A stretch of DNA of 64,000 nt, taken from NCBI RefSeq assembly GCF_046119375.1, contig NW_027362762.1:839108001-839172000 (forward strand). Direction: 5' to 3'. Both the position numbers and the translations under genes were made by a program. The stretch comes from Phyllobates terribilis. Its lineage: Eukaryota. How positions within the stretch are numbered: position 1 is the stretch's first letter; the number at the start of each line of letters is the position of its first letter. The notes under the pieces were generated by a model. The model had not been told where the DNA came from. It saw only the letters and a list, made by a program, of their open reading frames with translations, and did not search any database. Shown here in pieces: positions 13,696 to 25,700 of the stretch.

Positions 13696-16431
13696 GTAAT
13701 TGTCTTAAATGACGATCCTGCATTGAATACATTTATTAAAAATGATTGCTGCTGAGTTACCAAGAGTTTGAAATCTTTAGGTGATTTATGGTATTACTTA
13801 GTTTTTATTGCAGAAAGCAGAAATAAAAATTAATATTTCACTAAACATTAGGAGTGAGATCTAATATCTGCAGTTTCACTAACAAATATAATTCCTTTGG
13901 CAGATTGCAAACAATGTATTAGATAAAATACTTCATTTGTGACTATAATCATGTGATTTTTAATACAGAAAGTGTCACCTGCCATTTAATATACTGTAGG
14001 TAGGCTGCAAGGAATTTAAAGACCTACATGGCAGAATACATACCAAATTTTAAAAAATAAATCCAATAATGTATCAGGAGTCACTAGACATTTCATTACC
14101 AAACAAATGTAATACTATTATTTTACATGTTTCTAGTATAGCAAAATCTTTGAGACTTGCAAGGGTTAGTGCCATGTCTGCCTGAGGCCATCAGCTCAAA
14201 GAGGCTACCCTTGTCACAAGCCACTCCATCTGGCAGATGCGGCAGATGCCAGAGGAACCCCAATATCATTTATCCCCTATACAGGGATCTGGTTTTACAA
14301 CAGGATCCAGTGAATAGCTATCAAGGAAGGACTGTCATCTGGAAATGCGAACCAGAGGTATGAATGGTCACCAAGTAGGGTCAAAGTCAAGAGGTCACGT
14401 CATGAACAGAATTATAAAACAAGTTGGTAGTCAAATATCAAGCCGAAGTCAAAGAACAGGAATAATCAGGACAAAATACAGAAGAACAATACAGAGGTCT
14501 GACGCAGGATTGCTGAACCATTGACTGAATGCGGGAGCTGGTTCTCAAGGGTTTATATAGAACTAGCAGCCCATAATTAATAATTTAGTAAATGGCATTA
14601 CGGAAAACAAAAATAAAGTTTAGAAGATTGCAGAGACATTCGCCAATTCAAAAAGTTAATTGCCCATGGCAGATCGCATGGAAATCTCACTGTATGCTGC
14701 TCCTCTGGCCTACTGAAGTAGACGTATACATGGCCTCCTCATCCCCAATCCTTGATTGTATGGCAACCCTCATCCTTAATCCTGGTATGCATGGCCCCTC
14801 ATCCTCAATCCTTGTGCGTGGAGAAGAGTGAATATGCATTTTCTTTAATAGCAGGCACTGTCAATCGCAGCCGCAGATCAGCGCTCCTCTGTGCCCGCTA
14901 TTAAAGAAAATGCATATTCACTCTTCACTCCCATGGGTGTGGAGAAGTGTGAATATTAATTTACCTTTAGAAGCGGGCACATGTGGTAGCTGTATCAGTG
15001 GCTACTGCCTGTGCACCGCTCCTCCGCCGCAACCCCCCCCACCACTATCCACCACCGGAATGTATAGACTCGAGTATATACCCGAGTATAAGCTGAGGGG
15101 GGGCTATTTCAGCACTAAAAATCTGCTCAAAAAGTCGGCTTATACTCGTGTATGTACAGTACAACGCCAGCTGATGTTTTTCTTGGACTCACCTCAACAT
15201 TAAGCTCTTTATGTAGTAAGAAAGAAACCAAATCAACAAGATTAACCCCATAGCTTCCAGACTGATCAGAGCCACAAGTCCCAGGAATAAAAAAAAAAAA
15301 TTATACTATCAAGCATCACCTGCAACAATGGTGTGGCTTCGCCTAGTGCCCGAAGTAGTATCCAGCACAGAAGTCACAGTTGGCAAATGCAGGGTGGCAC
15401 ACTTCAGCGCCTCATTCAGATGTCTGTGATTTTTATCGTACTTAAAAACAGAGTCAGTTGTACATCAGCATTTTAGATCAAAGTGTCATCAGTGTTTGGT
15501 CAGCGGTTCAGATTTTACCATCAGTGTTTCATCAGTAATTTTGAAAAAAAACTGACCAAGCTTTTCCTAGTGATTTCATTTTTATTCATGGACAGCACAT
15601 GACTTGTAGTTTGATGTCATCTGTGAGGTATCTGTGATTTTCATGGACACATAGATTGCTTTGGATAAGCTTGATTCAGATCAAAAACGGACTTGTCTCC
15701 AGACATGTGAACAGCTCAATAGACTATAATAGCTATATATACAGTACATGACTCACAGACATCTGAATGAGGGCTAATAAAGAAGCCTATATTAGGCGCA
15801 AACATCTTGAGACAGAGTGTCACAAAATCTTGAACTAAACCTCATCTCAAGATATGTTGAGTACACTGTATGCTTCTCATCAAATTGACAGCTATCGTGT
15901 TATTGCCGAATTTAATTAGTTTTGTATTAAAACTTTTACTTGCATCATGTCTCTGTTCAGACTGGCAGCCATAATGGGATCTATTAGGTCTTTTTCATAT
16001 GCAAAATAGCATAGCAGACTATTATATTTGTCAAAAGCCACAGTTTTCTAATGGAAAGGAACCTAAGTGACACCAATTGACAATGGCATAATATAGACAT
16101 GTATATTTTAAAAAAATAAAAACATGGGACAGAAAAAGAAGCAAAATGTTAATGTGAAACTAAAATAATGAGGTACAGCAATTTGTATGCAGGGATGAGG
16201 GTCATTCATCAGGTGTTAGATGCTATAGCTCTATATGGTTTAAGATATTTCTAGAAAATGTCTATGTCTTTATTGATTGTATGCTTTCAAATACTTAATT
16301 GACAAAAAATTTATTAAACCGGAGATTTCCTGAGCCACCACATGGTGCACAAATGCCAACCATATACTGGACATGCACCAAGCTTGCACCACTACCAAGC
16401 TGTACCAGTTATGCAAATGTACTACTTATAC

Positions 16432-16539
16432 TGTAAAGGACATAATAATATTCATGCTATCCAAGTGTAAAGGACATATTGATACTCATGCTATAGCAAC
16501 TCCATTTTGTCTGCTTGTTTCAAAATTATGTTATTATCA
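16432..16539 (+). mobile_element. Truncated copy (first 108 bp) of the LTR at 39949-40438
   Basis: Nearly identical to 39949-40056 (TGTAAAGGACAT..GCAACTCCATTTTG..TTATTATCA), same orientation. Confidence 0.85.
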
Positions 16540-16665
16540 ACAATAGAGGTGCTTTCCCAGGGTCATGCTTTGAGCCTGAGGGACATGGGTCTTCACTCAA
16601 TTAGTGCCCTTGTTACCAATTGAGGCCGTCGTGGCATGTCCATCCCCCCTTGTCTGTTGATATAA

Positions 16666-17716
16666 TCATAAAACTCTGATCTTCAGACGTGAGGTTGGTT
16701 GGGGCATGCGGGTAAAGGTCATCATTCCCTTGTTGTCCAGATCCTCAATGCTGGTTACATTTGGGAGGTCCCTGTATAGTAGCACTGGATGTTGGTTGAC
16801 AGCGTCCTCCTTGCTCTCTGATGACTGGCAGGTTTTCCTCATGCAAAATGGGATACAATAAAAGACTAGTTTTAGTAAGACATATATTAACAAGATGCAA
16901 GCAGCAATATGCAACACTCCTTGTAATATTCCAGCAATCCATCCACCAGTCCCTTTAAACCAATTAGCAGGAAAACGTATCAGACCACCAACTGTCTTTG
17001 GTCAATTTGTTTTGTTTATTATATTCTTCCCTGAGTTTCCTAATGTCTTCCATTTTAGTATTTAACCGTCTGGTAGAGTCGGGGTCAATATAGTGACAAC
17101 ATGGGCCTATAACCTGACACATCCCTCCTTGAGCTGCTGTCAAATAGTCCAGCACTAAAGTACGTTGATTAGCTACTATAATAAGTTGATTCTGCACTGC
17201 AACAGTAGTACTAATTACTTCCAATACACTCCAAATCTGGTCATCTAAGTAATCAGTGACTTCCACTAACTTGTCCCACATTTGTGTTACCATAGGGTAG
17301 AGGAAGACAGTACTGGCTATCTTATTGGGTATACTCATTTGTACTAATTGAGGTCTTCCTGATGGGCGTGGGGTGTTGTCCTTAGCACGTTTATAGATAT
17401 TATGGAGAGGGATGGCTCTCAAATCTACTTTACTATGGGGAATAAGATAAGTGGCTGGAGTTTGCCGGGCCAACGTACAAGTCCCCCCTACTCCGACTGG
17501 GAGCCATTTATACGTATTATTCCCACAGACCCAATATGTGGCTGATGGCAGATCCCATAAAGCAGAGTGCTGTAATACTAATTTATGTACCAAATCGATA
17601 AAAACGGTGTTATTTGATAACATACACCATGAAGACATTTGTCCCAGGGGGCTACAATATCCAACATCCGGATTGCCACATGTTGGATCACTAGGCTTAT
17701 ATTCAGAAAATTCATG
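16666..17716 (-). pseudogene. env: ERV envelope: C-terminal SU and TM, frameshifted before the membrane anchor
   Basis: Basic cleavage-like YKRAK, heptad region, immunosuppressive-domain-like LDYLTAAQGGMC..CC, hydrophobic anchor LHIAACILLIYVLLKLVFYC (ORFs 16964-17767 and 16666-16917). Confidence 0.88.
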
Positions 17717-18142
17717 TTTTACTGCTGCTGGGGTTGTCAGGAGCACTTGGTATGGTCCGTCATACAATGGTTCTAGTCAGTGTTTCCGAACATGCTTCTT
17801 CACATATATATAATCTCCAGGTTTGAGGGTATGACAACCTTCTGCATCAGCTGGATCTGGAATAGAAGATGATACTAATGCATGGGTGTTAGTTAGTGCT
17901 TTGGCAAGCTGAATCACATATTGAACAACATGATCTGTTTCTTCTGATAATTGTTGAGGGGTAAATCTAGCTATAGCTGGTTGTGACCCAAATAATATCT
18001 CGTAGGGTGACAGTTTGTGTTTCCCTATGGGGGTGGTGCGTATGTGATACAGTGCAATGGGAAGGAGCTCAGGCCACTGGGCCGTAGTCTCCTGCATCAT
18101 TTTGGTTAATTGCCTTTTCAGTGTGCCATTCAATCTCTCCAC
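17717..18142 (-). pseudogene. pol: ERV integrase, 3' part
   Basis: VERLNGTLKRQL..SPYEILFG..KPGDYIYVK..GPYQVLLTTP, with one in-frame stop. Confidence 0.9.
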
Positions 18143-18643
18143 TAGTGTTGAGCCACCCCCGTAGTGTTCGAGTTCGGTTCGGTTCGTCGAACACCCGTGT
18201 GTTCGCCGAACTGTTCGTCGAACTGTTCGTCGAACACCTTCGAACACCATTAAAACCAATGGCAGGCAAACAAAAACACATAGAAACACATAGAAAACAC
18301 CTTCAAAGGTGTCCAAAAGCTGACAAACTGCTCAGAAGACACAACTAACACATGGAAAAGTGACAAGTACATATAGTCATGCGAAAAGAAAAGAGGTGGA
18401 GGAGTAAAAGGAGGGGGAGACACAGATATAGGCATGTCATGCCCTTCTAAAATCCAAAAAGTGAGAAGCCGACACGTTCAGTCCGCTCCTGCCCGTGCCA
18501 CCTCCGCGTCGCCGGGTTTGTGCCAGAGCCGCGGTGAACCCTGACGGCCAGCCCCCCTCTCCCAATACTGGTGCCTGTCCGCTGGTGGGTCGAGCGAGCC
18601 CCCCTGTGGTGGAGGCAGCTCTAAGCTTTTTAATTTAAATTGT

Positions 18644-18913
18644 CTCTCTAATTTGAATGAATACACTTTAAATCCATTTACAAGGATCTATTGGAGGGCA
18701 AGTCTCATGCCAGCAGCCGCGTAATTCCAGCTCCAGTAGCGTCCACTAAAGCTGCTGCAGTTAAAAAGCTTTTATAAGGATCGAGCTCAGCTGTCCACCG
18801 CAAGGCATCCTACTGCCAGTCCCAGCCCCTATGCCTTGGGGTGCCTCCTGATGCTCTTCACTGAATATCCGGTGGTCCCGAAGCATTTCCTTTGAAAAAA
18901 TTAAGTGTCCAAA
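18644..18913 (+). pseudogene. Diverged 18S rRNA gene fragment inside hAT copy 1
   Basis: ACTTTAAATCC..TTGGAGGGCAAGTCT..TGCCAGCAGCCGCG-TAATTCCAGCTCCA..GCTGCAGTTAAAAAGCT..GATGCTCTT..CCCGAAGC..TTTGAAAAAATTA is collinear with vertebrate 18S rRNA as I recall it (helix-18 region into the next expansion segment). Confidence 0.9.
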
Positions 18914-19027
18914 CTACAGGTGGTGTAGCTTGCTTAACAGCCGGGATAATCCGCTGACTAGCAGACACTGCTACTAGGCACAAAGTATTTCCTGGGCTAG
19001 ATGCAGTTAAAAATTTGTAATTAGATA

Positions 19028-20849
19028 CTCTCGTTGGATGCTGAGAAAGCATTCCATAGAGTCTCCTGGCACGCCATATATGATTCTCTTAAAAAGCTTG
19101 GGGTAGGTGTCTAGGGGACCCTTTTATAGCCAAAATCACGGCCCTGTATCGCAATACGTCACCTAGGCTGAAGATAAATGGAACTGTAGCACCCTGAGGG
19201 CTCGGTTGCTACAGAGGTATTGAACCTCACCCAGAGGTGTGATATCTCACTCTCAGGTAAGGATGTAGTGTGGATCAGGACCCGACACCTGCATGCATTA
19301 CACCACATTGCCGTGGGGCAGGGCGACCAATATGCCCCTGAGATGGGCACGACAATCCCTGTCCCTGGCTGGAGTGGGGGGAGGGAACACTGAGGAAGGG
19401 GAACCCTGTAGTGCAGGAGCAGGGAGGAAGCAGTTCCTGGGTGCATTGAGAAGGGAGTATAAAAGGTGGGCACCATCTTATTTCAGTGCAGAGAAGTCTG
19501 AGCAGAAGTGGCAGGGAGCAGGGGCTCTGCATGAGCTCTGCTCCGGAGGCGGGCCTAGTAACAGAGGCCCAGGCCTGGAAGAGGGAGAAGGAAGGAAGAG
19601 GAGCGGAGAAGGCTCCAGGAACGAGGAACGAAGGGATCCCAGGGATGCGGACGGGCGAGTCGCCACCGCACGCCCGAATCCACCTGCGTGGAGGGGTCAG
19701 GCCAAAGGGGGAGACCGGTCCCCGAAACTAGTGGAGGCAGGAAACGACCCTCAGCTAGAAACAGGAGGCTGTGACATTTTATGTGGCGCAGCCCCTCGCT
19801 ACACCCGCTAGGAAGGCACCACATAGGGTCAGGGAAACTGGCGCCAAGTTTACCAAGAGGAGGCCCGAGGCAGCCGGACAGAAGGGTTGGTAAGAAAGGC
19901 CAGACAAATGACACACAAAGGGGGTCCTGTGAAGCGCTCCAAAGTTATCTGGGAGTTGTCTGAGCCCCTCACCTGGTGAGCACAGTACGACTTGGGCAGC
20001 CGTTACCTGCAGACGTGGTCTGGATAATAAGAACTGTGAGTAAAGGCCCTGGACTGCATCACTGACTCCGTGTCGTTACTGCTGCTGCCCTGCACCATCA
20101 CCCCCATCCTCCACATACACTGCCCTGAGGCTATACTCCTCCCGTGGGGAGTTATGCTACGCTCTGCTGCACCCACAACACCAGCCTCAGGGGTCTGCCC
20201 TGGAGCGGCGGTTCACTCTGACCACAATCCACGGGTGGCATAGTCGGACATTTAAACATCAAAACCACATAAATAGTTCCGCCACTGGTTTGACCGCCCT
20301 GAGCCACGGAACCGGGTCGCCGCCACGGAGACTACAACCACCAGCATCCACCAAAAAGGGTCCGGCTCCGGGTGTCCCAAGGCCCAGGGGGCGCGTCAGA
20401 ACATTTTCATCACCTTTCACAATCACCAATGGGACAAGGCAGGGATGTTCTCTGTCCCCTCTCTTATACATCCTAGTGACGGAGCACCTGCTCTCATCAA
20501 TTCGCCATAACCCCAATATTAGGTGGATTGAGGTGGGAGGCACCGAGTACAAGTGCTCTCTATTTGCTGATGATGTCCTAGTATATATCACTCAATCACA
20601 TATATCCATCCATGCTGTTATGGCTGAAATAGATCACTTTGTTACATGGTCAAATTTTAAAATCAATGCAGCGAAGTCTGAGGCCCTTGATGTCTCCCTC
20701 CCCAAGTCCATATAGGATTCCATCCAGTCCAACTTTCCCTTTGCCTGGCCCTCACAGGGTATCAAATACTTAGGAATTCCTATTCATAGAGACCTCTCCC
20801 ATCTATGTTATCTTAATTTTGGGCCCTTTATTGAACAACTCCATACAGA
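19028..20849 (+). pseudogene. L1/Tx1-type RT fragment, split by a solo LTR
   Basis: LSLDAEKAFHRVSW..ALYRNTSPRLKING|TFSSPFTITNGTRQGCSLSPLLY..LFADD..IKYLGI. The frame is continuous once the LTR and one TSD copy are removed. Confidence 0.9.
19185..20398 (+). mobile_element. Gypsy-type solo LTR
   Basis: TGTAGCACCC..GGCCCAGGGGGCGCGTCA, 4-bp TSD GAAC (19181-19184 and 20399-20402), TATAAAA at ~19458. Termini resemble the LTRs of the element at 45873-53695. Confidence 0.9.
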
Positions 20850-22405
20850 CCACGGTTGGCAAGTTAGAACTGTAAGATTCACTACGTGAACCACTGGTGT
20901 TTTGTGGAAAAGCACATGTACACTGTGTTCCAAATTATTATGCAAAAAGTTTTTAGGAGTGATAAGGGAAGAATTTGTTTGTTTGTCAGTTAAACTCATT
21001 GATGGTGATGTGTGTCAGGGCTCTTTATATCACTGTAAGCAATTGCAGACACCTCTGCTAATTAGTTTGGTAGGTGTGTCCAATGAAAGGCAAGACTACT
21101 TAAGAAGGCTGTCTCACATTATTAAGCAGCCTACATTTTCTGCCAAAATGGGAAAGAAAAAGGATGTGTCGGCTGCTGAGAAGCAACAAATTGTGGAGTG
21201 TTTAGGTCAAGGCATGACTACAATCAACATTGTGCGATGATCAGGATGTAGTGTCTTGGCAATCAAGAAGTATGTAGCTGATTCACAGTACACACGTGTG
21301 CGTGCTGATAAGGGCAAATTGAGGACGCTTTCCTACAGGCAATTATGTCTGGTTGAAAGAGCAGCGGCAAAAAAGCCTTGTCATAGCAGCAGACAAGTTT
21401 TTGAAGCTGCTGGTGCCTCCAACGTCCCCCGAACAACAAGATGCAGGGTCCTTCAGAGGTTTGCAGCTGTGCATACGCCATCCTGTCGACCTCCTCTATC
21501 CACTTCACACAAGCAGAAACGGCTCCAGTGGGCCAAACATTACATGAAGACTGATTTCAAAACAGTTTTGTTCACGGATGAGTGCCGTGCAGCGCTCGAT
21601 GGTCCAGATGGATGGAGTGGAGGATGGCTGGTTGATGGACACCCCACGCAAACACGGCTACAGCGCCAACAAGGAGGAGGTGGAGTAATGTTTTGGGCTG
21701 GAATCATGGGGAGAGAGATTGTCGGTCCCTTTAGGATCCCTGAAGGCGCTAAAGATGAACTCCTTAATGTATGTGGATTTTCTCAAACAGCACTTCCTGC
21801 CATGGTTCAAGAAGAAGAACCGTGTATTTCACAGCAAGATCATTTTTTTGCATGATAATGCACCATCTCATGCTGCACATAAAACATCTGCATCTCTGGC
21901 TGATATGGGCATAAAAGGTGACAAACTTATGGTGTGATCCCCATGCTCCCCTGACCTCTACCCCATTCAGAACCTTTGGAGCATCATTAAAAGGAGTGTC
22001 TATGATGGCGGGAGGCAGTTCACATCTAAGCAACAGCTCTGGGAGGGTATTCTGTCCTCATGCAAAACAATTGAAGCAGAAACCATCCAAAACCTGACAA
22101 ATTCAATGGACGAGAGAGTTCAGAAGCTCCTTTCGAACAAGGGGTCCTATGTGAAAATGTAACATCACCTAGAATAAATTTTTGAGTTGAAAACTGTTTG
22201 ATTTCAGTTTCTAACAACCTGCTAATGCTTATAATTTCAAAAATGACCATTTTTTTGGTCTTTATTAAAATGAAAAGGTTGATCGAAAAGTTTGGGGGAT
22301 CTAAGAGTGTGGCAACCCAGTAGTCATGATTACTTCGAATTCTGACAATATGAGGGTCATGCTGCAGGTAGTGCAGCAAGAAGGCACTTATGTGTCTTGC
22401 GCATC
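20850..22405 (-). pseudogene. Relic of an older related hAT transposase in two pieces (20850-20920 and ~22294-22405), with a Tc1 between them
   Basis: The pieces are diverged homologues of 23183-23253 and ~23343-23451 (WVATLLDP; LHYLQHDPHIVRIR). Confidence 0.8.
20921..22281 (+). mobile_element. Tc1-type transposon, right TIR lost
   Basis: TA then CACTGTGTTCCAAATTATTATGC. Frameshifted transposase MGKKKDVS..VLFTDEC..FLHDNAPSH..DLYPIQNLW. Confidence 0.88.
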
Positions 22406-22409
22406 TCGG

Positions 22410-22685
22410 AGCCCCAAAATTATTTTCCGGGCTAGATGCAGCTAAAAATTATTATTAATTTTAAATCTGGTGAAGCTTTAGTATAGATGTCCTAATAGGA
22501 TCAGTGCTGCACACTGCTACAAAGCCCAAATTATTTTCCAGTCAAGATACAGATAAACATGATTAGTAATTTTAAATCTGGTGGAGCTTATTATAGATGG
22601 CCTAATAGAATCAGTGCTGCACACTGCTACAAAGCCCAAATTATTTTCCAGCCAAGATACAGATAAACATGATTAGTAATTTGAA
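22410..22685 (+). repeat. About 2.5 diverged monomers related to the ~110-bp internal satellite
   Basis: CACACTGCTACAAAGCCCAAATTATTTT..AGATRCAG repeats with a ~111-bp period. Confidence 0.7.
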
Positions 22686-22730
22686 AGCTTAAAATGGTTG
22701 GTAGGGTGATTTTAACCAATCATCAAGCTT

Positions 22731-25700
22731 TTACTCTCCCCAGGATGACACAGGGGTAGAAAAGTCGTTTCGGATCCATGATTTGTTCATCTTTATGAAC
22801 GTGAGTCTGTCTACGTTATCAGTGGAGAGCCGCGTGCGCTTATCTGTCAGCACACCACCAGCAGCGCTGAACACACGTTCAGACAGAACGCTGGCTGCGG
22901 GGCATGACAAGATCTCCAAGGCGTAAGTGGCTAGCTCCGGCCATTTATCCAGATTGGAAGCCCAAAAAGAGCAAGGGTCCAGTGACACAGTCATGGCTTC
23001 AATGTTTACTTGGAGATACTCCTGTACCATCGTCTCTAGACGTTGACTATGTGTCAGACTTCTTGTCTCCTGTGGCCTTGCAAAGGATGGGCTAAAAAAG
23101 TGGTGAAATGATTCCGCAAAATTGATGTTACCAGCAGATACTGTGGTTCTGTTACGGTTTGAGTGCTGAACACTTGACGGTCCCACGGTTGGCAAGTTGG
23201 AACTGTGAGATTCACTACGTGCACCACTGGTATTTTGTGGAAAAGCACATGTAAGATTCTGCAACAGTCTCTGCTGATACTCCTGCATGCGTGCATCCCT
23301 TTCTATGGCAGGAATAATTTCTGCAAATTTACTTTTGTACCGGGGATCTAACAGTGTGGCAACCCAGTAGTCAGGATTATTTCTAATTCTCACAATTCGA
23401 GGGTCATGTTGCAGGTAGTGCAGCAAGAAGGCACTTATGTGTGTTGCGCATCCAGGAGCACCAAGTCCCTGTTGTGTTGGTGGCGAGGTAACAATCATGC
23501 TTCCTTCCTCTGTCCTCTCCCCCCAACCTCGCACAACAGAAATGTGATCAAGGTCTCCCTCATCTGATGAGTCTTCCATCAGTTCGTCCTCCACTTCTTC
23601 TTGGGCTCCTGCACCTTCCTCACTAGTTTGGCTGCTACCATGCGCCCTGGTAAAACCATCTCCCCCACCCTCACATGCCTGCCGCCTTGGTGCTGCCGAC
23701 CGTCTGGACCTTGCAGATGTTAGCCCTTCCGCATACAGCTCCTCCTCCTCTACTTCCTCCACCTCCTCTTGTGCCACCACCTGACTCCGAATTCTGTTTA
23801 ACATGTGCTCCAGCATGTAAATCACCGGAATAGTCATGCTGATAATGGCATCGTCAGCACTAAACATCTTCGTCGCCATTTCAAAACTGTGCAGAAGGGT
23901 GCATAGGTCCCTGATCTGAGACCACTCCTCCAGCGTGATTTGCCCCACCTCTGGATCTCGTTGGCCCAGGCTATACATCAGAACGTATTGCACCAGGGCT
24001 TGTCGGTGCTGCCACAGTCGCTGCAACATGTGCAGAGTTGAATTCCACCGGGTAGGCACATCGCATTTTAGCCGGTGAAGTGGCAGGCCCAACGACTTCT
24101 GTAGAGATGTAAGTCGCTGAGCTGCGGGATGCGAACGGCGGAAGTGAGCACACAGCGACCGTGCCCTCTGCAGAAGGCCATCTAGTCTGGGATAGTGGGC
24201 TAAAAATTGCTGGACAACCAGGTTCAACACGTGAGCCATACAAGGCACGTGTGTGACATTGCCCCGGCGAAGGGCCGCACCCAGGTTTGCAGCATTGTCG
24301 CACACGGCCTTCCCTTTCAGGTCCAGTGGAGACAACCATTCATGAAATTGGTTCTCCAGAGCTGACCACAACTCCTCAGCTGTGTGACTCACATTTCCCA
24401 GACATTTCAATGTAAAAACCGCCTGATGATGTTGAGCCCTACTGCCAGCATAGTAAGGAGGTGTGCAGGATCCATTCTGCGCAGTTATAAAGCTTGTGGC
24501 ATGACCAGACAGGCTTTGGGTTCAGGTGGAAGACCGAGGGGAGGTTGAGGAGGCAGAAGCAGTGGAGGAACTTTGACATAAAGAGGATTGACGCACAACT
24601 CGTGGGGACGGCAAGACTTGGACAGCAGCCCCTTGTCCTGCTGTCACCATAGTTACCCAGTGCCCATTCAGCGACATGTAACGCCCCTGTCCATGCCTAC
24701 TCGTCCAAGTGTCTGTGGTGAAATGCACCCTGTCACACACAGAGTTTCTCAAAGAAGCGGTGATGTTGTGTGCGACATGCTGGTGGAGCGCAGGCACACC
24801 TTTCTTTGAGAAGTAGTGCCGACTGGGCATCTGGTACTGGGGCACTGCGACGGACATAAGGTCTCGAAAATCCTCTGTGTCCACCAGGCGGAAAGGCAGC
24901 ATTTCTGTAGCCAAGAGCTTGCAGATGGTGAAATTCAACCTCTTAGCTTTCTCATGGCTAGGAGGAAATGGTCTTTTACTTGTCCACATCTGAGGGACCG
25001 AGGGCTGGCTATTGTGCTTAGATGGGGTTGATAAGGGTGTCCCCGGCAAACTGCCGGTCTGTGAGGAATATGCAGGCGGACATGTTAGGTTGCCTTGATC
25101 CAAAGGTGGTGCTATCGATGTCGGACAGCGCTCAACACCAGCTGGTGTTACCACCTCCAAAGAAAATGATGACCTGCCAATCACGCTGGCTGTTGCGGGT
25201 AAAGAGGTGGCAGGTCTGCGCCCCAAAACAGGTGTGACTGCTGTCCCCCCAGTCACAGAGGATGAAGAGGCCGCGGATGCACAAGATATGGCAGACGGTG
25301 GTTGGCCCGGCCGGCTAGGCCGCATTGTAGCACACTGAGCTTCCCACTGCAACTTATGCTTCATGTCCATGTGCCGGTTCATGCATGAAGTACTCAAACT
25401 ATGTATTTTTTGGCCTCTACTTAGCTTTTGCAGACAAATGTTACAGATAACATGAGCTGGGTCATCTTTATCGATCTGAAAAAATGCCTAGGCTATGCAA
25501 GGCTTAGCACCCATGCGACCTGAAGAGCCACCACGACTTGTGGTGAGAGGCAGAGTTGTGTTTGAGGATGCAGTTGTTGACGTGCTTCCAGTACTACGTC
25601 TCTGTCCAGGAAGGTGCAACCTGACCTCGTCGTCACTAGCATCTTCCTCCACCTCCTCTGCTGACCTCATCTCTTGGCTGACTGTGGGTTGACAGTAAGT

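Noticed and set aside
18644-18913. Functional 18S rRNA gene or contamination
   Set aside because: It is a short diverged fragment with a deletion in the conserved loop, embedded at the same position in two TSD-flanked transposon copies.
18960-19020. Satellite monomer derived from 18S (shared GCAGTTAAAAA)
   Set aside because: Only ~11 nt match in AT-rich sequence, with no extended collinearity visible.
18143-20849. Left arms of the two hAT copies look more diverged (~2%) than their transposases (~1%), hinting at mosaicism
   Set aside because: The counts are by eye and the CpG-rich LTR could explain the excess; a proper alignment is needed.
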